A stretch of DNA of 64,000 nt from an uncultured Phycisphaerales bacterium. Its GTDB lineage: Bacteria; Planctomycetota; Phycisphaerae; Tepidisphaerales; Tepidisphaeraceae. Shown here in pieces: positions 1 to 9,848 of the stretch. Positions within the stretch are counted from its first letter, which is position 1; each line of letters starts with the position of its first letter. The stretch lies in contig CAVWVQ010000003.1 in NCBI GenBank assembly GCA_963758525.1, forward strand, positions 3,584,001 to 3,648,000. The letters run 5' to 3'. The notes under the pieces were generated by a model. It saw nothing but the letters and a program-made list of their open reading frames with translations. It was not told the DNA's origin and searched no databases. The translations under genes were made by a program, and so were the position numbers.

Positions 1-2628
1 GCTACGAAGGCAATGAACCGGCCGGCATCCCCCGCGATCACGAAGCGGCGCACCTGTGGAAGGAAATCGCCGGGCTTCCCGACGATCACATTCATTATTT
101 CGGTAAGGACAATTTCTGGGAAATGGGCGAAACCGGCCCGTGCGGCCCCTGTACGGAAATCTATATCGACCGCACGCCCGACAAGACCGGCGGCAAAGAC
201 GTCAACGGCGAAGATCCGCGGGTCATGGAAATCTGGAACCTGGTGTTCATCCAGTTCAATCGCGATGCCGCCGGCAAGCTCACGCCGCTTCCTTCGCGGC
301 ATGTGGATACGGGAATGGGCCTGGAGCGCATCTGCCAGGTGATCCAAAACAAAACGGACAACTACGGCACCGATCTGTGGACGCCGCTGTTCGACGCGAT
401 ATCTCAAATCTCTAATTTGAAATACACCGGTCTGTTCCCCGCCACCAACGCCGCGGACCCGGTTGCGGAAGCCGCCAACGCGCAGCTGCGATACGACATT
501 GCCTTCCGCGTCGTAGCGGATCATCTGCGCTGCCTGACCTTTGCGCTGACCGACGGCGCCGTGCCCAGCAACGAAGGGCGCGGCTACGTCTTGCGGCGAA
601 TCCTCCGCCGGGCTGTGCGATTTGGTCGGCAGCAGCTTGGGCTCAATGAGCCGTTCATGCACCGACTGGTGCCGGTGATCGTCGATTCAATGGGCGAGAC
701 GTTCCCGGAGTTGAAGAAGAACCCGCAACGTGTAATCGAACTGATAAAGGATGAGGAGATCAGTTTCGGCAAGACACTCGATCGCGGCATCGAGCTCTTT
801 GAGGAGGCTGCGCAGAAGGGGAGCATCGTCGGCAGCGACGCATTCAAATTGCACGACACCTACGGTTTCCCCATCGATCTCACCCGCATCATGGCCGAAG
901 AACGCGGCATGAGCGTCGATATCGCCGGGTACGAAAGGCTCATGGAGGAGGCAAGAGAGCGCGCGCGCGCTGGCGGGAAAAGACAGGACACGCGGATCGA
1001 GTCATTGTCGCCGGCCGCGCTGGCTCAGCTTGCACAGAGTGGCGTTGGTTCCACCGACGACGCGGCCAAGTATGCGCACGACCTCATTGAGGCGCGCGTC
1101 GTGGCGATCTGGAACGGGACCGATCTGGGTCTCTCTCCTGCCAACGCGTTTGATGATGGAGAACTGGGCATTATTCTCGACCGCACCAATTTCTACGCCG
1201 AGATGGGCGGGCAAGCGGGCGACCGGGGCGAATTGCTCGGAAGCGGCTTCTCTACCCCCTCTCCCGGTACGCCGGGAGAGGGTCGGGGTGAGGGTGATTT
1301 CGAGCACCAACAGCGCTCGACCCTCGAAATCACCCTCACCCCAGCCCTCTCCCGGAGTACCGGGAGAGGGGGTAAGCGCCCGAACTTTTGCAACCGGCCC
1401 CTGGCGGCGCGGAAACGATTTTCGACGTCGAGACAACCCGCGCCGCTGGCGGATACGTGATGCACGTCGGTCGAGTGCGCTTCGGAAAACTCCGTGTCGG
1501 AGACATTGTCACGACGAGAGTCGTCGGCGACCGACTGCTAACCGAGAAGAATCACACATCCACGCACATCGCCAACTGGGCGCTCCGCGAAGTCCTCGGC
1601 GAGGATGTGCAACAGAAGGGATCGCTCGTCGATCCGGAAAAACTCCGATTCGATTTTTCGCACGGCAAGTCGCTGAGCGATGAAGAACTCGAACGCGTTG
1701 AGGAACTGGTCACGGAGCGGATCGAACAGAAGCTCCCGATTTTCGCCGAGGAAGCGCCGCAGGAACAGGCGTTGAAAATCAACGGACTTCGCGCGGTGTT
1801 CGGCGAGAAATATCCGCCGATGGTGCGCGTCGTGAGCGTCGGAGTTCCCGTCGATCAACTGCTCGCTGATCCCGCCAATGAGAAATGGCGTGAGTATTCG
1901 ATTGAATTCTGCGGCGGCACGCACCTGGGCAACAGTGCTGAGGCGGAGGCATTTGTCATCACGGGCGAGGAGTCCGTCAGCAAAGGCGTCCGACGGGTCG
2001 TCGCCCTCACGGGGCCAGCCGTGCGCCAGGCAAACGAGAACGCCCGGCAGATCGACTTGCTGGTGAACCAGGCCCGGGAAACGCAAGGCGATGAGTTGCC
2101 ACCGTTGATCGCCGCGCTCACCGCCGCAATCGGGGCCGGTCCGATTCCACTCCGCGCCAGCGCCGTGCGCAGCTCGTCATCAGTGAGTTGCAATCGAAGC
2201 TCAGGGCGTTCGAAAAATCGAAACCTTCCGGCTCGGGAAGCGCGAAAGTGGACGTGACCGCGTTGGCGCACAAGCTGCTGAGCGACGCCCGCGCGGAAGG
2301 AGTTGAGAAGCTGATCATCGGAGAACTTCCCGGAGCGTCCGACGATCAGCTCCGTTCATCCATGGACTGGCTGAAGAAACAAACCGCCAGTTACGCAATT
2401 CTTCTCGCCACGCGAGGCGAGGAAAAGGTGACCTTCATCGCCGCGGTAAGCGACGATCACATCGCCAACGGCCTCAAGGCCGGCGACTGGATTCGCGAAA
2501 CCGCGAAAGTCGCCGGAGGCGGAGGTGGCGGCCGACCGCAGATGGCGCAGGCGGGGGGGAAAGACCCGACGAAACTCGAAGCAGCTCTGAAGACTGCCCA
2601 CGAGTATGCTGCGAGGTTTGTGCGATAG
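1..2628 (+). CDS. alaS: Alanyl-tRNA synthetase (5' partial; two apparent frameshifts near 1380 and 2160; internal palindromic insertion)
   Basis: Motifs DNFWEMGETGPCGPCTEI, HVDTGMGLER, GRGYVLRRILRRAVR, editing-domain NHTSTH and EFCGGTH, and C-terminal GGGGGGRPQMAQAGG are spread over ORFs 123-1460, 1388-2257 and 2188-2628. The frame is open from position 3. Confidence 0.97.
1257..1371. repeat. Three-hairpin palindromic element (CCCTCTCCC...GGGAGAGGG family) inside alaS
   Basis: CCCTCTCCCGGTACGCCGGGAGAGGG, then GGGGTGAGGGTGATTTCGAG...CTCGAAATCACCCTCACCCC, then CCCTCTCCCGGAGTACCGGGAGAGGG. A related copy lies at 60648-60747. Confidence 0.9.
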
Positions 2629-2649
2629 GGGGGGGCAAGGGCGAATGTC

Positions 2650-2878
2650 GAAATCAGAATCCCCTGTGCCGAAACCAGAATGACGAAACCAGAATCCCCG
2701 AACGAAACCAGAATGACAAATGACCGAATGAAGAGGGGTCAAGACCAGTTCACGGGTCACGGCAGCTTCAGCGGTGTCATTGTTGGGGGGTGTTGGCAGT
2801 AGAACTTCCGTTTCGACATTCGGTCATTCGGGCTTCGGATTTGATTCGACATTCGCGTTTCGGAATTCTGGTTTCCGC
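2650..2878. repeat. ~230-bp foldback element with GAAACCAGAAT/CGAATG short repeats (copy 1)
   Basis: Reverse complement of 8784-9012 over almost the whole length; the arms are self-complementary. Confidence 0.9.
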
Positions 2879-2895
2879 TCCACGTGCGGCTTTGC

Positions 2896-2924
2896 TTGAC
2901 AGAACAAACCGCACCTTCTAACGT
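2896..2924 (+). promoter_or_regulatory. Putative sigma70 promoter for the rpmF-plsX-fab operon
   Basis: TTGACA-17 nt-TAACGT, ~110 nt upstream of rpmF. Confidence 0.55.
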
Positions 2925-3035
2925 AACCCTCTTTCTCAGCCCCGCGAGCGTGAAATACGCGGCTGGCGGTTTGATCTATTCAACAGGGTTCCGACGTTAG
3001 CTTCATCGCGGTCGGCCGAAAGAGAGTCGCTTCTC

Positions 3036-3221
3036 ATGCTTCCCGTACAGAAACACAGCAAGGCTCGGAAACGCAAACGCCGTGCACATCAGGCATTGCG
3101 GCCGATCCATTATGTTCGCTGCCCCCAATGCGGAAGCGCCAAGCTGCCTCATTGTGCGTGCGATAATTGCGGGTATGTGAACCCGAAACTGGCGTTGCAG
3201 ATGGGTCCGGAAACCGCCTGA
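3036..3221 (+). CDS. rpmF: 50S ribosomal protein L32
   Basis: MLPVQKHSKARKRKRRAH with a CPQC...CDNCGY zinc motif; lies upstream of plsX. Confidence 0.96.
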   Translation: MLPVQKHSKARKRKRRAHQALRPIHYVRCPQCGSAKLPHCACDNCGYVNPKLALQMGPETA

Positions 3222-3249
3222 GCCAGGCCTCGCCTGACGGAGGTTTTGC

Positions 3250-4268
3250 TTGCGAGCTGCGGTGGACGTGATGGGCGGCGATCGCGCGCCAGACGCGATT
3301 CTCAAGGGATGCTGGGAAGCCGCGCCCTGCTTGACGGCGACGACGCGGTGTATCTCGTCGGTGACGAAGTGATCGTCCGCGGCGCTTTGGACGCCTGCAC
3401 GCTCCCGCCCGAAGTCAAAGCCCGTTACAAACCGGTCTTCTCCACCGAAGTCGTCACCATGGACGAATCGCCGGTCGAGGCGGTTCGCTCCAAGCCGAAC
3501 AGCTCCATCGCCATCATGTGCAAGCTCGCCGCCAAGGGCGAGGCGGATGTCGTGATTTCCGCGGGAAACACCGGCGCCTGCGTGGCCGCGGCGCAATTGC
3601 GAATGCGAACCCTTCCCGGAGTCAGCCGGCCGGGGATCGCGGTCACGATGCCGACCTTTTACGGACCGGTCGTGATCTGCGACGTTGGCGCCAACATCGC
3701 TCCCCAGCCGCGGCATCTGATGCAATATGCATTGATGGCCAGCGCCTACGCGACGGCTGTTTGCAATATTCAAAACCCCCGCGTCGGGCTGCTCTCCATT
3801 GGCGAGGAAGACGGCAAGGGGACGACCATGGTCAAGGACGCCCGCAAGCTGATGCGCGACGAGCCGCAGATCAATTACATCGGCAACGTCGAGGGCCGCG
3901 ACCTGTTTAAGGGGACAGTCGACGTGGTCGTCTGCGACGGGTTCGTCGGCAACGTGGTGCTCAAGTGCTCCGAGGGGATGGCAGAGGGAATGTTTCAGAC
4001 CATTCTCGCGGCACTCAATGACGCCGATCCGGGCCTGATCGAGAAGTTCAAGCCGATCATGAAGCAGATTCACAAGAAGCACGACTGGCAGGAATACGGG
4101 GGAGCGCCGCTGCTGGGAGTGGGGGGATATTGCCTGATCTGTCACGGCCGGTCGGAGAGCCGCGCGATCATGAACGCCATTCGCGTCGGCAAGCAACTGG
4201 TCATCAGCGGGATCAATCAAAAGATCGTGAAGGAAATCGCCGCGAGCATCCCCGGTGGCGAAGAGTAA
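3250..4268 (+). CDS. plsX: Phosphate acyltransferase PlsX (frameshift near 3327)
   Basis: TTG 3250 gives MRAAVDVMGGDRAP, then a frame change into SAGNTGA, DVGAN, CDGFVGNVVLK, YGGAPLLG and CHGRS. Confidence 0.95.
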
Positions 4269-4271
4269 TCC

Positions 4272-5257
4272 ATGTCTCGATTCGGTTCCATCCTCGCTGG
4301 CACGGGCAGCTACGTTCCAGAGAAGCGTTTGACCAACGATGAACTCTCCGGAATGGTGGATACGAACGACGCATGGATCGTGCAGCGCACCGGTATTCGC
4401 GAGCGCCGGATTGCCGGGCCGGGCGAATCCACCGCCTCGATGGCGGTTTCCGCCGCGCAAAGGCGCTCGCCGCGGCGGGACTCGAGGCTGACGAACTCGA
4501 TCTGATTATCTGCGGCACGATCTCCCCGGAGATGCATTTCCCTTCGACCGCCTGCTTCGTCGCCGCGGAACTGGGGCTCAAGTCGACGCCGGCGTTCGAC
4601 ATTGCCGCGGCATGCAGCGGATTTATCTACACGTTGGAAACCGCTTCGAACTTCCTCAAGAGCGGAAGCTATCGCAACGTGCTGATCATTGGCGCCGAAA
4701 CGCTCAGCCGGATCACCGATTATCGCGATCGCGGCAGTTGCATCCTTTTTGGCGACGGCGCGGGCGCGGTGGTGCTGCGCCAGTCGCCCGATCCGAGGCG
4801 CGGCGTGATTTACAGCAGCCTGCATGCCGACGGTCACGGCTGGGAAATGCTCTACTGCCGGCCCGGCAGCCGCCATCCGTTGACGGCCGAAGGAATCGCC
4901 GCGGGCGATCAGTTCATGAAAATCAAGGGCCGCGAAGTATATAAATTTGCGGTGCAGCGATTCGAAGAGCTGATCGAAGACGCAATGCGAAAGTGTGAAT
5001 TGTCGAACGATGACGTGAAGCTGATCGTCCCGCACCAGGTGAATCAGCGCATCATCGACTCGGCGATGCACAAACTCGATCTTCCCATCGAGAAGGCGTT
5101 TGTGAATATCAGCAAATACGGCAACACCTCAGCCGCCTCCATCCCCATCGCGCTCGATGAAGCGACCCGCGAAGGTCGTATTTCTCCGGGCGATATTGTC
5201 ATCCTCGTGGCGTTTGGCGCCGGGCTCACCTGGGCGAACGCGGTCATCAGATTCTAA
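4272..5257 (+). CDS. fabH: 3-oxoacyl-ACP synthase III (frameshift near 4460)
   Basis: [28 protein letters not shown] and [10 protein letters not shown] motifs across ORFs 4272-4505 and 4373-5257. Confidence 0.96.
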
Positions 5258-5300
5258 TGCACCCGCAAGACGCAAAATCCGCTGTATGCGAGTTGCCTGC

Positions 5301-5415
5301 CGCGTGGCATGGGCGTCCCGCCCATGCGGACGACACAGGAGAAGGAAAACGCGCAATATTGAAGCTCTGTGTCAGTTTCCGCGTCGCTAACATGGGCGGG
5401 ACGCCCATGCCGCGG
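5301..5415. repeat. REP-like doublet, family A (GTGGCAYGGGC...GCCCRTG inverted pair)
   Basis: GTGGCATGGGCGTCCCGCCCATG ... CATGGGCGGGACGCCCATGCCGC; related copies at 11871, 18234, 34851 and 57019-57569. Confidence 0.85.
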
Positions 5416-5428
5416 GGAAGGCGGTAAC

Positions 5429-6379
5429 ATGGCCAAGCGAACCTACATTCTTTGCCCGGGGCAGGGTGCGCAGGCCGTCGGCATGGCGAAGGAACTTTAC
5501 GATGCGGCGCCGGTCGCGCGGGAAGTGTTCGATTCGGCCCGGCAGATTCTCGACTGGGATCTCGCATCGATCTGCTTCAACGGGCCCGAAGACCGTCTGA
5601 ATCAAACGGACGTGAGCCAGCCGGCGATTTATGCGGCAAGCGTCGCCAGCTTCCGCGCGGCACGCGCGGCTGGCGTCATCGATCCGTCAGCGGTCGTGGC
5701 CTATGCAGGCCTCAGCCTCGGCGAATACACAGCGCTGCACCTGGCGGGAGTCTTCAGCTTCGAGGACGGCCTGAAGCTGGTCGCGGCGCGGGGTCGCTAC
5801 ATGCAGCAGGCGGCTGTCGCGTCGCCCAGCGGCATGGTTGCCGTGCTCGGCGCGGATGAAGAAGCAGTCGCCAGGCTTTGTCAGGAAGCGGCCGGTGGAG
5901 AAGTGCTGGTTCCTGCCAATATCAACGCGCCAGGCCAGATCATCATCAGCGGGAGCAACGGCGCGTGTGCGCGAGCCCTGGCGGTCGCGGAGGCGGCCGG
6001 GTTGAAGGTGACGATGCTCAAGGTCGCCGGCGCGTTTCACAGCCCGCTGATGCAATCGGCGGCCGACAAGATGCGGGCCGAATTGGAGCGCGTGCGGTTT
6101 GCTTCGCCGGCGACGGCTGTGTATTCAAACGTGACCGCAACACCGCATACGGACCCTGAAGGGATCAAAAGGCTGCTGGTTGATCAGATCGTCTCGCCGG
6201 TGCAGTGGGAACGGACGATGAAGACGATCCTGGCTGACGCGGAAGGTCGGTATGTTGAGTTGAGCCCCGGCCGGACCCTTGCGGGATTGGCCAAGCGGAT
6301 CAACCGCAGGCTTGCGGTCGAGAGCGTGGCAACGGCGGAATCCATCGCGCAACTTGCCGGAATTGAGAGGCTGACATGA
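5429..6379 (+). CDS. fabD: Malonyl-CoA:ACP transacylase
   Basis: CPGQGAQ, GLSLGEY and VAGAFHS motifs; ATG 5429 follows the repeat. Confidence 0.96.
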   Translation: MAKRTYILCPGQGAQAVGMAKELYDAAPVAREVFDSARQILDWDLASICFNGPEDRLNQTDVSQPAIYAASVASFRAARAAGVIDPSAVVAYAGLSLGEYTALHLAGVFSFEDGLKLVAARGRYMQQAAVASPSGMVAVLGADEEAVARLCQEAAGGEVLVPANINAPGQIIISGSNGACARALAVAEAAGLKVTMLKVAGAFHSPLMQSAADKMRAELERVRFASPATAVYSNVTATPHTDPEGIKRLLVDQIVSPVQWERTMKTILADAEGRYVELSPGRTLAGLAKRINRRLAVESVATAESIAQLAGIERLT

Positions 6380-7113
6380 CAGAACAGCGCGTGGCATTCG
6401 TGACCGGTGGCTCCCGGGGAATCGGCGCGGCCATCGTCAAGCGTCTGGCGAAGGATGGATTGCATGTGGTGGCGGTGGCGCGTCAGATGGACAAGCTGCA
6501 GGAAGTCTGCCAGGCCGTCGCTCAGGCGGAGGGCCTCGCCGAAGCGGTGGTCTGCGACGTAGCCGATCCGAAGGCGCTCGCCGCTGCCATCGAGCAGGTC
6601 GCCGACAGGCATGGGCGTCTTGACGTGCTGGTGAACAACGCCGGAATCACCAAAGACGGGCTGATCCTGCGGATGGACGACGAGGACTTCGATACCGTGA
6701 TTGCGACCAATCTCAAGAGCGCGTTCGTGGCGATTCGCGCCGCGGCCCGCCCGATGATGCGCTCCAGGAGCGGCCGGATCATCAACATCAGCAGCGTCTC
6801 GGGCGTTGCGGGAAACGCCGGGCAGGCCAACTACGCCGCCAGCAAGGCGGGCCTGATCGGTCTGTCGAAGAGCGTGGCGCGGGAGCTGGCGGGCAAGGGG
6901 ATCACGTCGAACGTGGTGGCCCCGGGTTTCATCACGACTGACATGACCAGCGCGTTGAACGACAAGTTGAAGGAAACCGTCAAAGGGGCGATCCCGCTGC
7001 GCCGCTTCGGCGAGGCGGACGAAGTGGCGGCCGCCGTGGCGTTTTTCGCCAGCGAAGCGGCTGCTTATGTGACTGGTCAAGTGTTATGCGTAGACGGCGG
7101 CATGGTGATGTAG
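6376..7113 (+). CDS. fabG: 3-oxoacyl-ACP reductase
   Basis: TGGSRGIG, NNAGITKD and YAASK motifs; fab operon context. Confidence 0.96.
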   Translation: MTEQRVAFVTGGSRGIGAAIVKRLAKDGLHVVAVARQMDKLQEVCQAVAQAEGLAEAVVCDVADPKALAAAIEQVADRHGRLDVLVNNAGITKDGLILRMDDEDFDTVIATNLKSAFVAIRAAARPMMRSRSGRIINISSVSGVAGNAGQANYAASKAGLIGLSKSVARELAGKGITSNVVAPGFITTDMTSALNDKLKETVKGAIPLRRFGEADEVAAAVAFFASEAAAYVTGQVLCVDGGMVM

Positions 7114-7114
7114 T

Positions 7115-7142
7115 TTGCAAATGCATTGCCCACCGCTATATT
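7115..7142 (+). promoter_or_regulatory. Putative internal sigma70 promoter for acpP
   Basis: TTGCAA-16 nt-TATATT in the fabG-acpP gap. Confidence 0.45.
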
Positions 7143-7202
7143 TTTTCAACCTCCGGCCGCGCGGTCTGAGCGAACGGTCTGCACAGGGAAGGTGGAATTT
7201 CT

Positions 7203-7442
7203 ATGGAAGATTTGGAACAGAAAGTCATTGAGATCGTCAGCGAGCAAATGGGCGTTGATAAGAGCGAGATCACTCGCGAAACCCATTTCATCAACGATCT
7301 GAATGCTGACTCCCTCGATACCGTCGAGCTGGTCATGGAATTTGAAGACGAATTCGAGCTCTCCATTCCGGATGAAGAGGCGGAGAAGATTCAAACCGTT
7401 GGCCAGGCCATCGACTACATCAAGGGTCATTCCAGCAAGTAG
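7203..7442 (+). CDS. acpP: Acyl carrier protein
   Basis: Acidic 79-aa protein with the [14 protein letters not shown] phosphopantetheine site. Confidence 0.98.
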   Translation: MEDLEQKVIEIVSEQMGVDKSEITRETHFINDLNADSLDTVELVMEFEDEFELSIPDEEAEKIQTVGQAIDYIKGHSSK

Positions 7443-7511
7443 ACAACTCGAGCCCCAGCGACGGCGCCTGGCGGAGGCGCCGGCTGCGGCTCTGACTCTT
7501 TCCGCGTCCAA

Positions 7512-8756
7512 ATGATGTCACAACGCCGCGTCGTGGTCACTGGCCTGGGGGTTGTCACCTCGCTTGGCGAATTAGCCGACGAGATGTGGGAGAAGGTCTG
7601 CGCCGGGCAATGCGGCATTGGGCCGGTGCGCAGATGGGATGTCAGCAAATTCCCCATCCGCATCGGCGGGGAGTGCCTTTCGTTTGACGTCACCAGCTAC
7701 GGCGTCGACAGCCGCGAGGCAAAGCGCATGGACCGCTTCGCTCAGATGGGGCTGGCCGCGTCCATCAGCGCGGTAAAGGATGCCGGTATCGATTTCGAGA
7801 AGGAAGACCGCGACCGCTGCGGCGTCGTGATTGGGTCGGGCATCGGCGGGATTGAGACGATCCAGGAGCAGAACGCCATCCTCATTTCCCGCGGCGTCGG
7901 AAGAGTCAGCCCTTTCACGGTCCCCCGGCTGATGGCGAACGCGGCCAGCGGCAATGTCTCGATCCGGTATCAACTGCACGGCCCCAATACCTGCGTCGCG
8001 ACCGCCTGTGCCACCGGCTCCAACGCCATCGGCGACGGCGGGCGTTTCATTCAATACAACCTCGCCGACGTGGTGATAGCCGGCGGCAGCGAAGCTGCCC
8101 TGTGCGAGATGGGAATGGGAAGCTTCATCGCTTCGCGGGCTCTCTCGGCCCGCAACGATGATCCGCAGCATTCCAGCCGGCCATGGGATAAGGACCGCGA
8201 CGGTTTTGTCATGTCCGAAGGCGCCGGCATCGTCATCCTTGAAGAGTACGAACACGCCAAAAAACGCGGCGCGCGGATCTATTCTGAATTGATCGGATAC
8301 GGGATGAGCGGCGACGGCTCTCACATCACTGCCCCCGAGCCCGAAGGCCGCGGGGCGGCGCTGGCGATGAAGCTGGCCCTGAAAGACGCGGGCGTCAACG
8401 GCGACATCGTCGACTACATCAACGCCCACGGCACCAGCACTCCGCTCGGTGACCTGGCCGAAACCAAAGCCGTAAAGACCACCTTCGGCTCCCATGCCCG
8501 GAAAGTCGCGATCAGCTCGACCAAGAGCCAGCTCGGCCATCTCCTGGGCGCCAGCGGCGGCGTGGAAGCGGCCATCACGTCGCTGGCGATCTATCACAAT
8601 CTCATGCCGCCCACGATCAATCTGGAGCATCCCGACGAGGGGTGTGATCTGGATTACATTCCCAACAAGGCGCACGACAAGCACGTAATCCACGCCATGA
8701 GCAACAGCTTCGGATTCGGCGGGCATAACGCCTCATTGCTGTTTAAAAAAGTGTGA
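7512..8756 (+). CDS. fabF: 3-oxoacyl-ACP synthase II
   Basis: RRVVVTGLG, TACATG, NAHGTST, GHLLGA and SNSFGFGGHN motifs. Confidence 0.97.
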   Translation: MMSQRRVVVTGLGVVTSLGELADEMWEKVCAGQCGIGPVRRWDVSKFPIRIGGECLSFDVTSYGVDSREAKRMDRFAQMGLAASISAVKDAGIDFEKEDRDRCGVVIGSGIGGIETIQEQNAILISRGVGRVSPFTVPRLMANAASGNVSIRYQLHGPNTCVATACATGSNAIGDGGRFIQYNLADVVIAGGSEAALCEMGMGSFIASRALSARNDDPQHSSRPWDKDRDGFVMSEGAGIVILEEYEHAKKRGARIYSELIGYGMSGDGSHITAPEPEGRGAALAMKLALKDAGVNGDIVDYINAHGTSTPLGDLAETKAVKTTFGSHARKVAISSTKSQLGHLLGASGGVEAAITSLAIYHNLMPPTINLEHPDEGCDLDYIPNKAHDKHVIHAMSNSFGFGGHNASLLFKKV

Positions 8757-8783
8757 CGTGCTCGGATTCGGCCGCCACTGCGG

Positions 8784-9012
8784 GCGGAAACCAGAATTCC
8801 GAAACCCGAATGTCGAATCAAATCCGAAGCCCGAATGACCGAATGTCGAAACGGAAGTTCTACTGCCAACACTCTCCAACATGACACCGTTGAAGTTGCC
8901 GTGACCCGGTCTTGACCAGTCTTCATTCGGTCATCTGTCATTCTGGTTTCATTCTTTCATTCGGGGATTCTGGTTTCGTCATTCTGGTTTCGGCGCAGGC
9001 GATTCTGGTTTC
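8784..9012. repeat. ~230-bp foldback element (copy 2, inverted relative to 2650-2878)
   Basis: Shares the core GAAACGGAAGTTCTACTGCCAACAC...GTGACCCG and the flanking short-repeat arms with copy 1. Confidence 0.9.
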
Positions 9013-9106
9013 TCAAGCTTCGTCCTTCGAGCTTCCGCCCCCAGTGGCGTCCCGCCTGTTGCGTTGCCCGGCGAGTTGCCGATAATCCCCCGGACCGCTC
9101 TTCAGT

Positions 9107-9433
9107 TTGAAAGGATGCCGCTTGCCGGTGGTTCGCTCTGAGCGCAGGCCTCTCTTATCGCCCGGACGCGAGCTGGCGCACATTCTCAAGATGCAGGTGC
9201 CGGTGATCGTCAAGCTGGCGGACCGGAAGCTGGCGGTCTCGGAAGTGATGCGGCTGGGCACCGGCGCCATCATCGAATTCAGCAAGCGCAGCGACGAGCC
9301 GCTGGAGTTGCTCATCAACAACAAAACAATCGGGCTGGGCGAAACCGTGAAGGTGGGGGAAAACTTCGGCCTGCGTCTCACACAGATCGGCGAAGTGAAA
9401 CAGCTCATCCGGGCGCTGAGCGGAAAGCGGTGA
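9107..9433 (+). CDS. FliM/FliN C-terminal (SpoA-domain) switch protein; start uncertain
   Basis: VPVIVKLA...LGTGAIIEF...EPLELLINNKTIGLGETVKVGENFGLRLT is a typical FliMN_C pattern. Confidence 0.8.
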   Translation: MKGCRLPVVRSERRPLLSPGRELAHILKMQVPVIVKLADRKLAVSEVMRLGTGAIIEFSKRSDEPLELLINNKTIGLGETVKVGENFGLRLTQIGEVKQLIRALSGKR

Positions 9434-9479
9434 GATCCCGCCAACTCCTGAAATTGCTTCCGATCCATCCCAGGATGGC

Positions 9480-9833
9480 ATGAACATCGACTCGCTCCAT
9501 GAACTGACCGCCCGCGTCCTGCTCCACCGCGATGAGCGCGACTGGGCGCAGTTTCACACGCCAAAGGAGCTGGCCGTCTCGCTGGTCGTCGAAGCTTCGG
9601 AGTTGCTGGCCCTGATGCAGTGGAAGACCGGCGAGTCGCTCGACTCCGCCCTGGCGGCCCGTCGCCAGAGCGTCCGCGATGAGCTCGCAGACGTATTGCA
9701 TTCACTCCTGCTGCTCGGCAACGCTCTCGATGTGGACCTCGGAGCCGCACTCGAACAGAAGCTGCAGCGCGACGCGGTAAAATACCCGATTGAAAAAGCG
9801 AGGGGTCGCGCGGATAAGTACACCGAACTGTGA
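9480..9833 (+). CDS. MazG-like nucleotide pyrophosphohydrolase (dCTPP1-like)
   Basis: ERDWAQFHTPKELAVSLVVEASELL, DELADV and KYP motifs. Confidence 0.88.
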   Translation: MNIDSLHELTARVLLHRDERDWAQFHTPKELAVSLVVEASELLALMQWKTGESLDSALAARRQSVRDELADVLHSLLLLGNALDVDLGAALEQKLQRDAVKYPIEKARGRADKYTEL

Positions 9834-9848
9834 TTAGGCCCGGCAGAT

